NCBI GenBank assembly: GCA_051294375.1 | Contig: CM119267.1 | Coordinates: 26,761,695-26,776,636 of the forward strand | Direction: 5' to 3' | DNA length: 14,942 bases | DNA from: Paraspadella gotoi | Taxonomy: Eukaryota > Animalia > Chaetognatha | Shown: positions 1 to 10,200 of the stretch, one piece after another | Layout of the letters: every line of letters begins with the position of its first letter | Numbering within the stretch: position 1 is the first letter of the stretch | Translations under genes and position numbers: made by a program | Notes under the pieces: model-generated | The model's input: only the letters and a program-made list of their open reading frames with translations | Databases searched by the model: none | Told to the model about the DNA's origin: nothing

Positions 1-424
1 ACTTGATTTGTTATATTTTGTTATTTTTCAACGCTCTATCGCGGAGTCACTTCTTACATCTATTTGGTCAGGTGGTCGATCTTTGTTTATATTATAATAA
101 TGCGATATTATCAATTCATTCTCTAATGTATACTATTATTTTTTTACCGACAAGTGTTTTTAAACCCGAAATGATGTTATGTACCGATTTGTCTGCTCAA
201 CGGCTATTAATTGCACCCAGATTCGTACTTGGAAAAAAACGCCACGGGGTGGATCAAAAGCGCCAAAGTCACGTGACTTCCGGTCATCTCCAAATTTTTT
301 GGTTTCGTTGAATTTTCTTGCAATAGACAAAAAAAAATAGTTAAAATAGTAAAAATTAGATAGAAATAAAAAAAAAGTGGAAAAAAGGGATTTCCAAAGA
401 TTAAAATTGCTGATACTTATTTTT

Positions 425-2632
425 CTGTCTTATGTTTACAATATAGAATTAAAAAAATTTTAACATTCTTTTTAAGTAATCTATACAGAAGCTTAGAATA
501 GACTAGACTCAGAGCTTTATAAGAGTTTTTATACCTTTATCTGGCATACAACAATGTANNNNNNNNNNNNNNNNNNNNNNNNNNNNNNNNNNNNNNNNNN
601 NNNNNNNNNNNNNNNNNNNNNNNNNNNNNNNNNNNNNNNNNNNNNNNNNNNNNNNNNNNNNNNNNNNNNNNNNNNNNNNNNNNNNNNNNNNNNNNNNNNN
701 NNNNNNNNNNNNNNNNNNNNNNNNNNCGAGGTGGATGGGAAACCTATTGTACATTTTGAAAATGCTGTTGTCAAGGTCCTGAATTTAAGCTCAGCACCAA
801 CCAACAACAAGATATCATTGTGATGAGCTTTTATATTGTATATATCCAGTTTCCGTACCGGTAAAAAAAATATTAAAAGAACTGTAAACATTGTAAGGAA
901 TAANNNNNNNNNNNNNNNNNNNNNNNNNNNNNNNNNNNNNNNNNNNNNNNNNNNNNNNNNNNNNNNNNNNNNNNNNNNNNNNNNNNNNNNNNNNNNNNNN
1001 NNNNNNNNNNNNNNNNNNNNNNNNNNNNNNNNNNNNNNNNNNNNNNNNNNNNNNNNNNNNNNNNNNNNNNNNNNNNNNNNNNNNNNNNNNNNNNNNNNNN
1101 NNNNNNNNNNNNNNNNNNNNNNNNNNNNNNNNNNNNNNNNNNNNNNNNNNNNNNNNNNNNTCGAGGTTATTAAAATTGGGTGAGGACAGTTATTAAATAT
1201 GTTTTGGTTTACCTTTTATCAAAACAAACAAATCCTCTCTTTTATTTTTGTCTCTTTTTCTCTCTCTTTTTTCTTTTAATTATATGTAGCTCTCTTTCTC
1301 TCTTTTCCTCAGTCACTGATTCATCAAAAAAAAACGAGTCTGCAGCTGGCTCTGCAGGGGCTTTTTCTTTTTCTCTCTTTTCTCCTGCTGCTTCTGCTGC
1401 TGCCTTTTGACTTATTTCTTTTTATTTTTATATCTTCTTCTCTCTCTCTTTTCTCTTTTAATTATATGTAGCTCTCTCTCTCTCTTTTCCCCAGGCTGAT
1501 TCATCGGAAAAACAAACGAGTCTGCAGCTGGCTCTGCAGGGGCTTGTTCTTTTTCTCTCTTTTCTCCTGCTGCTTCTGCTGCTACCTTTTGATTTTTTTT
1601 TGGGGGGGTGCCTCTGCTGCTGCCGCTGCTGATTCGTCCGAAAACTGTCTATGTTTACAATATAGAATTAAAAAAATTTTAAATTCTTTTTAAGTAATCT
1701 ATACAGAAGCTTAGAATAGACTAGACTCAGAGCTTTATAAGAGTTTTTATACTTTATCTGGCATACAAAATGTACAGTAGATCAAACTGAGTAAAAAAGG
1801 CGTTCATTTAATCATTAATGTCTAGTTTTTACTGGAAATACGGAAATCATCAAATGCACGACTGTCTGCTACTCACCACGGAGGTGGATGAAACCTATTG
1901 TACATTTTGAAAATGCTGTTGTCAAGGTCCTGAATTTAAGCTCAGCACCAACCAACAACAAGATATCATTTGTGATGAGCTTTTATATTGTATATATCCA
2001 GTTTCCGTACCGGTTTTTTTAAAAAAAATATTAAAGAACTGTAAACATTTGTAAGGAATAATTATTTTTATTCGTCGCAATCGCTTATGCGTTTGCGACG
2101 ATTCGTTGTTGTCGGCGTCCAATTATAGATCGTTGAAAATTATATACAGCTTCTCATCATCGAGGTTATTAAATTGGGTGAGGACAGTTATTAAATATGT
2201 TTGGTTTACCTTTATCAAAACAAACAAATCCTCTCTTTTATTTTTGTCTCTTTTCTCTCTCTTTTTCTTTTAATTATAATGTAGTTCTCTTTCTCTCTTT
2301 CCTCAGTCACTGATTCATCAAAAAAAACGAGTCTGCAGCTGGCTCTGCAGGGGCTTTTTCTTTTTCTCTCTTTTCTCCTGCTGCTTCGCTGCTGCCTTTT
2401 TACTTATTTCTTTATTTTTATATCTTCTTCTCTCTCTCTTTTCTCTTTTTAATTATATGTAGCTCTCTCTCTCTCTTTTCCCAGGCTGATTCATCGGAAA
2501 AACAAACGAGTCTGCAGCTGGCTCTGCAGGGGCTTGTTCTTTTTCTCTCTTTTCTCCTGCTGCTTCTGCTGCTACCTTTTGATTTTTTTTTGGGGGGTTG
2601 CTCTGCTGCTGCCGCTGCTGATTCGTCCGAAA
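425..2632. repeat. Direct tandem duplication of ~1 kb (copy 1 425-1643 with two N-gaps; copy 2 1645-2632)
   Basis: CTGTCT(T)ATGTTTACAATATAGAATTAAAAAAATTTT starts at 425 and 1645. Block 727-903 matches ~1880-2061 and block 1161-1643 matches 2160-2632. Both copies end in GATTCGTCCGAAA. Differences are mostly 1-bp indels. Confidence 0.95.
1255..1592. repeat. Internal ~185 bp direct repeat, two units; repeated again at ~2250-2582
   Basis: TTTAATTATATGTAGCTCTCT...CTGATTCATC...AACGAGTCTGCAGCTGGCTCTGCAGGGGCTT..TCTTTTTCTCTCTTTTCTCCTGCTGCTTCTGCTGCT occurs twice within each copy of the larger duplication, four times in total. Confidence 0.9.
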
Positions 2633-2744
2633 CGATTTGGCTTCTTTCTCTCTCTCTCTCTCTGCGTTTTTATAAAAAAAAATTTTTGCTATTGGCCACA
2701 TCAGGTTTTTATTTTGTTCTTTATCTCGTTAACTCTCTCTTTAT

Positions 2745-3368
2745 TTTTATTTTTCTTTCTTCCTTTCAATTCTTTTTTATTCAATTCTTTTTTTCTTTTC
2801 ATTCTTTCTTTCCTTTCAATTCTTTCTTCCTTTCTATTCTTCTTTCCTTTCTATTCTTTCTTTCCTTTCTATTCTTTCTTTCTTTTTTCTTCTATTCTTT
2901 TTCCTTTCTATTTTTTCTTCTATCTTTCTTTCCTTTTTATTTTTTTTCTATCTTTCTTTCCTTTCTATTCTTCTTTTTTTTCTATTCTTTCTTCTTTCTA
3001 TAATTTTTTTTCTATTCTTTCTTTCCTTTCAATTCTTTCTTTCCTCTATTCTTTCTTTCCTTCCTATCTTTCTTTCCTTTCTATCTTTCTTTCCTTTCTA
3101 TTCTTCTTCCTTTCTATTCTTCTTTCCTTTCTATTTTTTTCCTTTTATTTTTTTCCCTTTTTTATTTTTCTTTCCTTTCTATTTTTCTTTTCTTTCTATT
3201 TTTTCCTTTCTATTTTTTCTTATCTTTTTATCTTTCTTTCTCTCTATTCTTTCTTTCTTTCTTTCCTTCTATTCTTTCTTTCCTTTCTTTTTTTTTTCCT
3301 TTCTCTCTTTCTTTCCTTCTCTTCTTTCTTTCTTTTCTTTATTTCCTTTTTTTCTCCTCTTTCTTTCC
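2745..3368. repeat. Polypyrimidine minisatellite, degenerate ~18-bp unit TTCTTTCTTTCCTTTCTA
   Basis: About 620 bp with essentially no G on the + strand. The unit TTCTTTCTTTCCTTTC(T/A)A recurs throughout. Confidence 0.92.
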
Positions 3369-3740
3369 TGGCTGTAATCCCGCTTCGGGTATTTAGACAA
3401 TGATTTGAAATTCGAATAACTATCATTTTATTTTCACCCCACTGATAAATATAGGACGTTCTTCAGTTATAAAACGGTTGGCAATATTTATCTTTTCCTA
3501 TAACATCGAGCACACTAGGTGAATTTCTATGCCTTCAAATACCGGTAAGACATGATTCTCAACAAATCTCGTTATCTGCTTAATTTAGAAGAAAGTACAT
3601 GCGATTTTTAATGGTAAGACAACTTTTAAAGATAAAATTGCTCGTAGGAATTTAGGCGTCAATCAGATTCACAGAACTCTTCAGGATAAAGATGACACTT
3701 TAATCTTTTCTTTTTTCCTCTCCCTTTTTCTTTTTCCTTC

Positions 3741-3880
3741 TCTTTCTCCCTCTCTGTCACTCTCTCTGTCACTCTTTCTTTCCTTCCTTCAATCCTTCTT
3801 TCATCCTTTCTCTTTCTCCTCCTGTCACTCTTTCTGTCACTCTTTCTTTCCCTCCTTCAATCCTTCTCTCATCCCTTTCC
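3741..3880. repeat. CT-rich ~70 bp tandem duplication
   Basis: TCTCTTTCTCC..CTGTCACTCT.TCTGTCACTCTTTCTTTCC.TCCTTCAATCCTTCT.TCATCC appears twice in tandem. Confidence 0.8.
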
Positions 3881-5389
3881 TCTCCTCTTCCTCTCTTTGC
3901 CTTTTTTACCTTATTATTTTTTTCTCCTTTTTTTATCTGCTTTTCTTCTTCTCTCTCGTCTCTCTCTCCTTTTCTCTACTTCAAATCCAATCCCTCTCCC
4001 TCTACTGCTCCTCTTTTTTTCAAGCACACTCTTTTCTCGCTTCACTTCTCTTTTTCTCTTGTTGTCTTTATTTTCTGACGTGACCAAATGAAAAAAGTTT
4101 TGAATGAACTGTAAGTAAAAAAAATTTGGGTTAGCGCGCAAGATTTTATTTCAATTTTGGTTGCCGTAGCAAAAAAAAAAGAAGTCCTGACGCTTTCCAT
4201 TGGCTTAAAGGATGCGTTTTTTTTTTTTTTATTAATCAACGTCAAGTAATGTAACTTCATCTTTTAAAACTAATAAATGAGTTGAAAATTTCATCAAAAA
4301 TAAATGCAAGTACAAAAAGTCACAATTAAAGACGTCTTAAATATATTTGTGGCTACAACCAAAAAAGTTTTTTTGATAATTTTATAGTGTTAAAAGCTTA
4401 TTCAATTGCCTATATTTTCTGTTATTTAAAACCAATTTTTCGTTTAACAAATTATGATAAAATCAGAAAATGAAACTTTTGACTTGTCAACTTTAAAATT
4501 AATTCATAGGGCAAACTATAAATGATTTAAGGAAAAAAAATTAACCAGAGTAAAGAAAATAAGGAAGAACGGATTTTCAAAGTAAAAAAATTTTCTCAAC
4601 TTAGCCTATGCCATTCAAATCAGAAGACGAAAGTGAAAATGGAAAAAATGGACATGATTTTTTTTCAATTAAATTAATATTGATAAGTAACAACTGAACA
4701 ATATTGAAAAAGTTTTTTTGCTAAATTCGCCGTTTGTAGCGGAACCTCCTTATTCATTTCTTCTTTTCTTTTTTCCTTTTTTTTCTTTTCTTCCTTTTCT
4801 CTTTCATTTTTTCTTTATTTTTTCTTCTTTCCTTTCTTTCCTTTTTTTCCTTTTTTTTNNNNNNNNNNNNNNNNNNNNNNNNNCTTTCTTTCCTTTCTAT
4901 TCTTTATTTATATTTATTCTTTTTTTCTTTTTATTTCTGTTTATAAATTAATTTTCTTTTCTCAAATTTGATTTTTTTTAGTATAAAAATTTGTCGTCAA
5001 TCCATATTTTTCTAATGCGATTACAACGATCCTTATGCTTTTAAAATTTTTTATACTAATTGTAGGGACGTCTGGCGTTAAGCGTCCGAGATAAAAATTA
5101 GCGAATAAAAAAGTTGTTATTTTACTCACTGAACAAAAATACTTAAAATACTTACAAAATACATAAAATTGATAAAATTATTATTGCGAAAATATTGTTC
5201 AATCACATGCACTATAGCTAGTGCCTTTTTTTTCACTGAAATCGATAGATATTAACTAAATATATTAGAATTAATTTTTCTTTTTGATATAATACGAGAA
5301 CCATACTTCCGTCACTTGATGTCGTCAAGTTACTAGTAAATATGCGTTTGAGGATTCCAAATCTGTTTTTAAAATTGACCTATGCAGCC

Positions 5390-5476
5390 ATGTGGCCATG
5401 TGGCCATGGGCCATGTGGCCCTTTGGCCATGTGGCCCTTTGGCCATGTGGCCCTTTGGCCATGTGGCCCTTTGGCC
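5390..5476. repeat. GGCC-rich minisatellite: four exact 16-bp units ATGTGGCCCTTTGGCC (5413-5476) preceded by 7-8 bp half-units
   Basis: Read directly: ATGTGGCC x2, ATGGGCC, then ATGTGGCCCTTTGGCC x4. Confidence 0.95.
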
Positions 5477-5539
5477 AAGTCCACAACCCCTAATTTTCAA
5501 GCCAGAAAGTCGGTAATCGAAATCTAAAAAATCAAATTT

Positions 5540-5729
5540 TGGAGAGCGGGGGACACCTGGCCAGGGGGTCAGTGGAGGGGCCCGCCATTTTTCTCGCCGC
5601 CCCTGTTGTCATTGCATTACGTCTCATCATTCCTTAAATTCTAGTGTTGACTACTTGACCATCTCCAAAAAATTTTTTTGAATTCGAAATTTTCAAAGTT
5701 ACGCTGTACAAGTCTCAGTGACGCCAACA
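5540..5729. promoter_or_regulatory. Probable promoter / 5' region of the NSUN5-like gene, with YY1-type motif CCGCCATTTT at 5582-5591
   Basis: A GC-rich patch in AT-rich DNA immediately upstream of the ATG at 5730, with an exact match to the YY1 consensus CCGCCATNTT. Promoter function is inferred from position only. Confidence 0.4.
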
Positions 5730-5885
5730 ATGGCGCTGCACCGCGCCGCCGCCGCCGTGCTTGAAGAGGTGGCGTCGGGTCGGTCGTCGGTTAAGACGGC
5801 GGTCTACTCCTCCGACTGGCGGAGTAAAGGCGTCCTTTCCCTCGTCGTCGTTGAGACACTCAAGTATCGCGACGTCATTGACAAG
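5730..5885 (+). CDS. NSUN5: First coding exon of NSUN5/Rcm1-like 28S rRNA (cytosine-C5) methyltransferase
   Basis: MALHRAAAAVLEEVASGRSSVKTAVYSSDWRSKGVLSLVVVETLKYRDVIDK aligns without gaps to the NSUN5 N-terminus as recalled (human MGLYAAAAGVLAGVESRQGSIKGLVYSSNFQNVKQLYALVCETQRYSAVLDA). Good start context CCAACAATGG. GC-rich coding composition ends at a donor AAG|GTGGGG at 5885/5886. Confidence 0.88.
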
Positions 5886-6038
5886 GTGGGGTTTGAAAAG
5901 AATTGTTTGGTGCAACAGATTAAGTTAGTAGACTGTTTATAAATTAGTAGTCCCGGACCTGGCTGCCGAACCATGCTACATTCGAGTTGAGAGCCGACAC
6001 TTAACAGATGGCCACTAGGCTACTACTTTAGTTTAATA

Positions 6039-6385
6039 TGTCTTAGCCGTTTTCACTGCTTTCGATGATGCTTAAATAATCATGATGGAAATAGACAACG
6101 AGCAAAATGTTTATTTACTTATTTACAATCGATAACGCAATGTGAGTAAAATAATTGAGATAGAAAATCTATTGCAACCATTCGGGCCGAGGGCAGCTTC
6201 GCTTCTGAAAACTAAAGTCCTTCGTCCTACTCCCTCGGCCCATGAAACAATTCCCTATGACCTAGTCCCACTCTCCGCCCTCTGATTCGCTATGAGCTAA
6301 AACCACGATCGAATAAACAGAGAGAGGGAGAGAGTGGGAGGGAGAGAGAGAGTTCACGTTGATCGAAATAGAGTGGAGGCGGATC
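6039..6385 (-). mobile_element. Probable 3' LTR
   Basis: Follows the env C-terminus and a G-rich PPT-like tract (minus GAGGCGGCGGGGGA, ~6383-6396; GGCGGGGGGG in the mirror copy). Contains AATAAA ~70 nt before the end and terminates ...GGCTAAGACA at 6039. Similarity to the mirror copy stops here (…CGGCAGACA at 8167). The 5' TG boundary is not clear. Confidence 0.55.
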
Positions 6386-6466
6386 CCCCGCCGCCTCAGA
6401 CGAGGGGACAGGTCTTAGACTGGCACTGAGTCTCATCGTCGTCCCGTAGCGCGGCCGATGGCGGCG

Positions 6467-7025
6467 TCAACGTTCTGTCCGACCGCCTCCGCCAGTCGCG
6501 CACTGACAGCAGCCGCAACAGACGCAGACAGCGACCACTCCTCCGATGGCTATGAGTCCCATGAGTGGCGCCAAGTTTACTAGCCAGTTCCATATCTCCA
6601 CTAGGGACGAGTCGGGCGCCTGAAAGAGTCCGCGGAGCATGGAAGACAAAGTAATCTCACGGGTAGCATTCACGGCTCACAATCTATGGTGACTTTCCCC
6701 CAGCCGTTCATTGAAGCGCTGGGTTTGTCCCGTGAACTTTGCGTGACGATCCATAAATCGTCCCACTTCTTCGTAGATGGAAATCTCGCTCGTGACATGG
6801 TGTTTGGCGTCCGGAAGCGTCGTCCGCAGCGTCTGGTACTTGTCGAACGGACGCCCGTAGATGCCCATCTCTTTCGGAGGGCGGTGAAGCTTAAGTCGTG
6901 GCACGCGCACGCATCTAGTTATGCCATGCAAACGTGATAGAACCTCCATGCGTTTTTTTGACAACGGCCCGTTGCTCCTCCTCCTTCCGGTCCGTACCAA
7001 TTGGGGCGACAGTTTGTCGACATAC
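6467..7025 (-). pseudogene. C-terminal part of env-like viral fusion glycoprotein (membrane-proximal region, TM helix, Cys-rich tail), frameshifted
   Basis: ORFs 6677-7153 and 6467-6673 give KEMGIYGRPFDKYQTLRTTLPDAKHHVTSEISIYEEVGRFMDRHAKF...LVEIWNWLVNLAPLMGLIAIGGVVAVCVCCGCCQC. This is a Trp-rich pre-TM segment, a hydrophobic helix and a Cys cluster. 6867-7025 is the same sequence as 11914-12034, which links this piece to the ectodomain. Confidence 0.72.
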
Positions 7026-8167
7026 GACTGGGGCGGCGGACCGTTATTCCGCACAAATACGCAAAGCGCTGAGGACCGCTTAAAACCGCTTACGGACTCG
7101 GCCAAACATCGGTTCTGGACGTCAACGAGTGAAATCTCCATACCTGATCTCAACGAGAAGAGGTGGGGTAACCCGGATTATGGATTCGAGCAACGCGAAG
7201 TTCACAGGGGGCAAACCAGCGCTTGCAAATGTGGAAACGCGCTGGGAGTTATAATCAAGGCCTTTTCGGCCGGATCACCGTAGGCGGTGCCATTCCATGG
7301 CGAACCGGCGGGAATGCCTGATGCGGGCAATGCTCAGTCCCTTAGTGGCAATAGTGCTGACACGTGCCTCGTAAACCTGGCGGCCGCTTCATGGGACTAG
7401 TAGGCCACTGAGCGAAAAGGAGTCGTTTGACGGCGTGGTGCCATGCGGATTCCGTGTTTGGCGCGCTGGCCTGCGCCAGGCTCGAAGTTCGGGCCGACTA
7501 AGGCGTTTCAGATTCGCGGCCGCCCGGAAAGGGCGGAAGGCGTGCGGGGCAAGATAACGGCGTTGGCACCCCGGCCTGGCCACGGCCCAGGGCTTAGACC
7601 ACGGGACGACGATGAGACTCAAGTGCCAGTTCTAAAGACCATGTCGCCCCCTTCGTCTGGGGCCGGCGGGGGGGCGGCGTCAGCGGATATGGGGCGATCG
7701 GTCCGGCCATCACTGATCTGGCTATGTAACCCATCAGACGTCGACTGTGTAAACTCTCTCGGCTCTCTGCACGTCTCGCCGTCTCTCCATGCTCCACGCT
7801 GTTGTCTATTATCACGACGTCGTGGTTTTTAGCGTCATAGCGAGAGTGCAGAGGCGGAGAGTGGGACCTTATGAGTCATAAGGGGAAATTCGTTTCTATC
7901 CGGGCGGCGAGGGTAAGTATGGATCGGAATGGACTTTTAGTTTTCCCCGAAAAGCCAGCTCTGGCAGGACTCGGCCCAGAATGTCTTGCCCATAGATTGG
8001 AATGGTTTCTACTCCTCTAATTAAATTCTATTCAGCAGGATTGCCTAGACTTCCGGAACAGTTGTAAAGTAAGGTAAATAAACATTTTTGGCTTGCGTTA
8101 TCTATGTTCCGTCACATGGTGGAATAATTCTAGAGACGTCATGCGAAAGTAGACGAAACGGCAGACA
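7026..8167 (+). repeat. Inverted, insertion-rich copy of 6039-6866 (env 3' end plus LTR)
   Basis: 7601-7640 ACGGGACGACGATGAGACTCAAGTGCCAGTTCTAAAGACC is the reverse complement (with extra bases) of 6411-6447 GGTCTTAGACTGGCACTGAGTCTCATCGTCGTCCCGT. GTAAATAAACATTTT at ~8074-8088 mirrors ~6104-6118. The arm is ~1140 bp versus ~830 bp. Confidence 0.9.
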
Positions 8168-8273
8168 GATATATATCTGCTGCTGCTCTCTGCATCCTCT
8201 GCTCTGCTCTGATGTGAAAATAGGATTTAACGTTTTATTTTTTTTTTTTTTTTTTCCTGTTTTTTCCTACAAG

Positions 8274-8515
8274 TAGTAAATAGATAAAAGTCTTGCGGCA
8301 TCATTGCAAATGTCTTCGCAAATGATACTTTATATGTCCAGCTGGCCCCCAAATCGCTAAAATCGTATATGTTACGACTCACGTTCTGTGGCGAATGAAA
8401 CGGTGGCGAGTCGATGGGAACGTATTGGCGTCGAACTGAAAACTCTAAAAGCGAGCTGACGTCCTAAAAAGTCGCGAGCGAGGGTTGAGGAGGGAGACCA
8501 GGCGGCGGGCGCAAG
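8274..8515 (+). CDS. NSUN5: Probable second exon of the NSUN5-like gene, reading frame broken by indels
   Basis: Preceded by a long poly-T/pyrimidine tract and AG (8273 or 8276). Switching frames gives CGIIA...PQIAKIV/CYD...GGE/SRWERI...TLKA/SELT..KVA, collinear with NSUN5 SAGLL...PHLAKVLVYE...GGGRWKALL...RLKAELARLKV, which continues directly from exon 1. Boundaries are approximate. Confidence 0.55.
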
Positions 8516-8865
8516 GCAATGTAGCCTTGCGATCTGATAAAAAAATAAAGCGTGGCAGTATGTGTTGGATGTTTGTGAAGATAATTTGGTTGTGGATTTT
8601 TAAATTTTTTAGCTTAAGAAAAAAAAACAACAAATAAAACAACCAAATTTATAGGAAGGTGGTTTTTAATGTAATAATTCCTCGTCGGCCTCATTTACTT
8701 GAGGACCCAGGTTAGACTTTACCCTGCGAACGATTAGTTAGCAGAGTGGTTAATAATGCTATTTTTATAGGGCAATATAAAATTTCTAGACAAAAAAGAG
8801 GCCAATAGAAGAGTAATAAAGCTATGCCAGGGAGCGGGTAAGCTAGCGAATGATTAGAAATCGCA

Positions 8866-9070
8866 GAATGCATACCTGCATAAATTAAAATCCAAAGTGC
8901 ATAACCTCTTAAATTAAATTAATCCAAATGCTACCTCATTAAATTAAATTAAATCCAAATGCTACCTCGCTTAAATTAAATTAAATCCAAATGCAATACC
9001 TTCTTAAGTGTAAAATCGTCAAATGGCACTAATACCGTTTTAAATTAAATTCGAAATGCAATACTGCATG
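8866..9070. repeat. AT-rich ~30 bp minisatellite (TAAATTAAATTAAATCCAAATGC.ACCTC), about 6-7 degenerate units
   Basis: The unit is visible at ~8881, 8910, 8940, 8972, 9004 and 9040. Confidence 0.85.
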
Positions 9071-9179
9071 GCATTAAGATGTAAAATATGTTAAATTCGC
9101 ACCAAACCATGCGCATGGGACTTCCACTTAAAAATGGTTGTTATAGCTGTCGTTCAAATTGGGTAGTGAATTTTTATTG

Positions 9180-10200
9180 CAAGAAGTACACTGCACGAAA
9201 ATGTCCTTTTCCAAATACATAATCTCGCAAGCTATTATAGGTAAGTTTGTGAATCCGTTGCGAAGCGGTGGAATTTTACCGAGCTACACACAAGGGATGA
9301 TGAGCTCGGATTTGTTGTTCTGGTCAAGACAGGACTCACTTCTCTTCTCACGCTACGAAAGATATGTCTATTATCTAATGGATTCTGGAAGCGATGCCTT
9401 TGAACGTGTCTGTGTTATATTTGTCTATTTTTGTTACTCTCTTGTGTGTCTCTCGTTTCTGTTAGTGGTCTATGGTATATTGATTTGTTCTTGTGTGTAT
9501 TATTGTTTGTTTATTAGTCTATATTGGTATTACTTCCTTTGTGTTCTGGTCTGGTTCGTCTATATTTTCTCTCTCTTAGATTATGTCTCTATAGTTAATT
9601 TTTGTTCGATGGTGCCTGGTATTGGTATGTGTTCTGGTCTTCTGATTGTGCGGGTCTGTTCTGTTGTTATTGTGCTATAGGAACGGAGGTCAAGGACAGG
9701 TACGTCAATGTCAGAGTCTATAAACTGGGAGGAGGAGAAAAAAAATTGAAACTTGGCCGCTGATGCAGACGCGCTGCAGCGCGGCCGGGATGGAAATGGG
9801 TCAACGGGGACAATCAGTAAGGGGTGTATTAAGGAGCAAGTAGGTGGGGATGAACATTTCTGTTCCATGCAATAAGTGACACGAAACCGGGCTCAATGGT
9901 CTGATGGCTCGGAAATTTATCAGAAAGCAAAGATTCTGGAGGCGAGGTACGAGAGCACATTGTGTTACAAGATGTTATTTGCTTGGTCAAAGCATATGAC
10001 TGACGGGCCACGGGCAAAGAAGAAGGATGAAAAATGTTTGGGCTGTATGCGAGCGCTAGAGAAAATGCGATTAACTTCTCTGATACTAATGATTCAGGAA
10101 GCGTTATTCCCTCTACGGTCTTTGCTGTTATCCTAGAGGAAAGCGCGATTACACCAAATTTCGTAAATAAATTCATTTTTGGATCATTTTTGTTTGGTTT
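9180..10200 (-). other. Possible degraded coding sequence of unknown identity (perhaps TE-derived)
   Basis: Overlapping minus ORFs 9829-10176 and 9581-9868, and an A-rich minus-strand skew like the retroelement region at 13.5-14.9 kb. No recognisable domain. Confidence 0.2.

Noticed and set aside
509-1183. ORFs spanning N-runs
   Set aside because: They are open only because of unknown bases. The gap-free duplicate at 1645-2632 has no equivalent long ORF.
1330-1410. Minus-strand peptide KAAAEAAGEKREKEKAPAEPAADS as a repeated coding exon
   Set aside because: It is low complexity, has no convincing splice sites on either side and has no recognisable homology.
2534-3403. 289-aa F/L/S-rich ORF as a membrane protein, and similar ORFs at 2590, 3244, 3897 and 4718
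   Set aside because: These are translations of CT-rich simple repeats that lack stops because of base composition.
4380-5130. AT-rich DNA-transposon/MITE remnant
   Set aside because: The composition is suggestive, but no terminal inverted repeats or target-site duplication could be identified.
5390-5476. CRISPR-like array (also considered for 8866-9070 and the 185-bp units)
   Set aside because: The units are head-to-tail with no unique spacers, there are no cas genes, and the context is eukaryotic.
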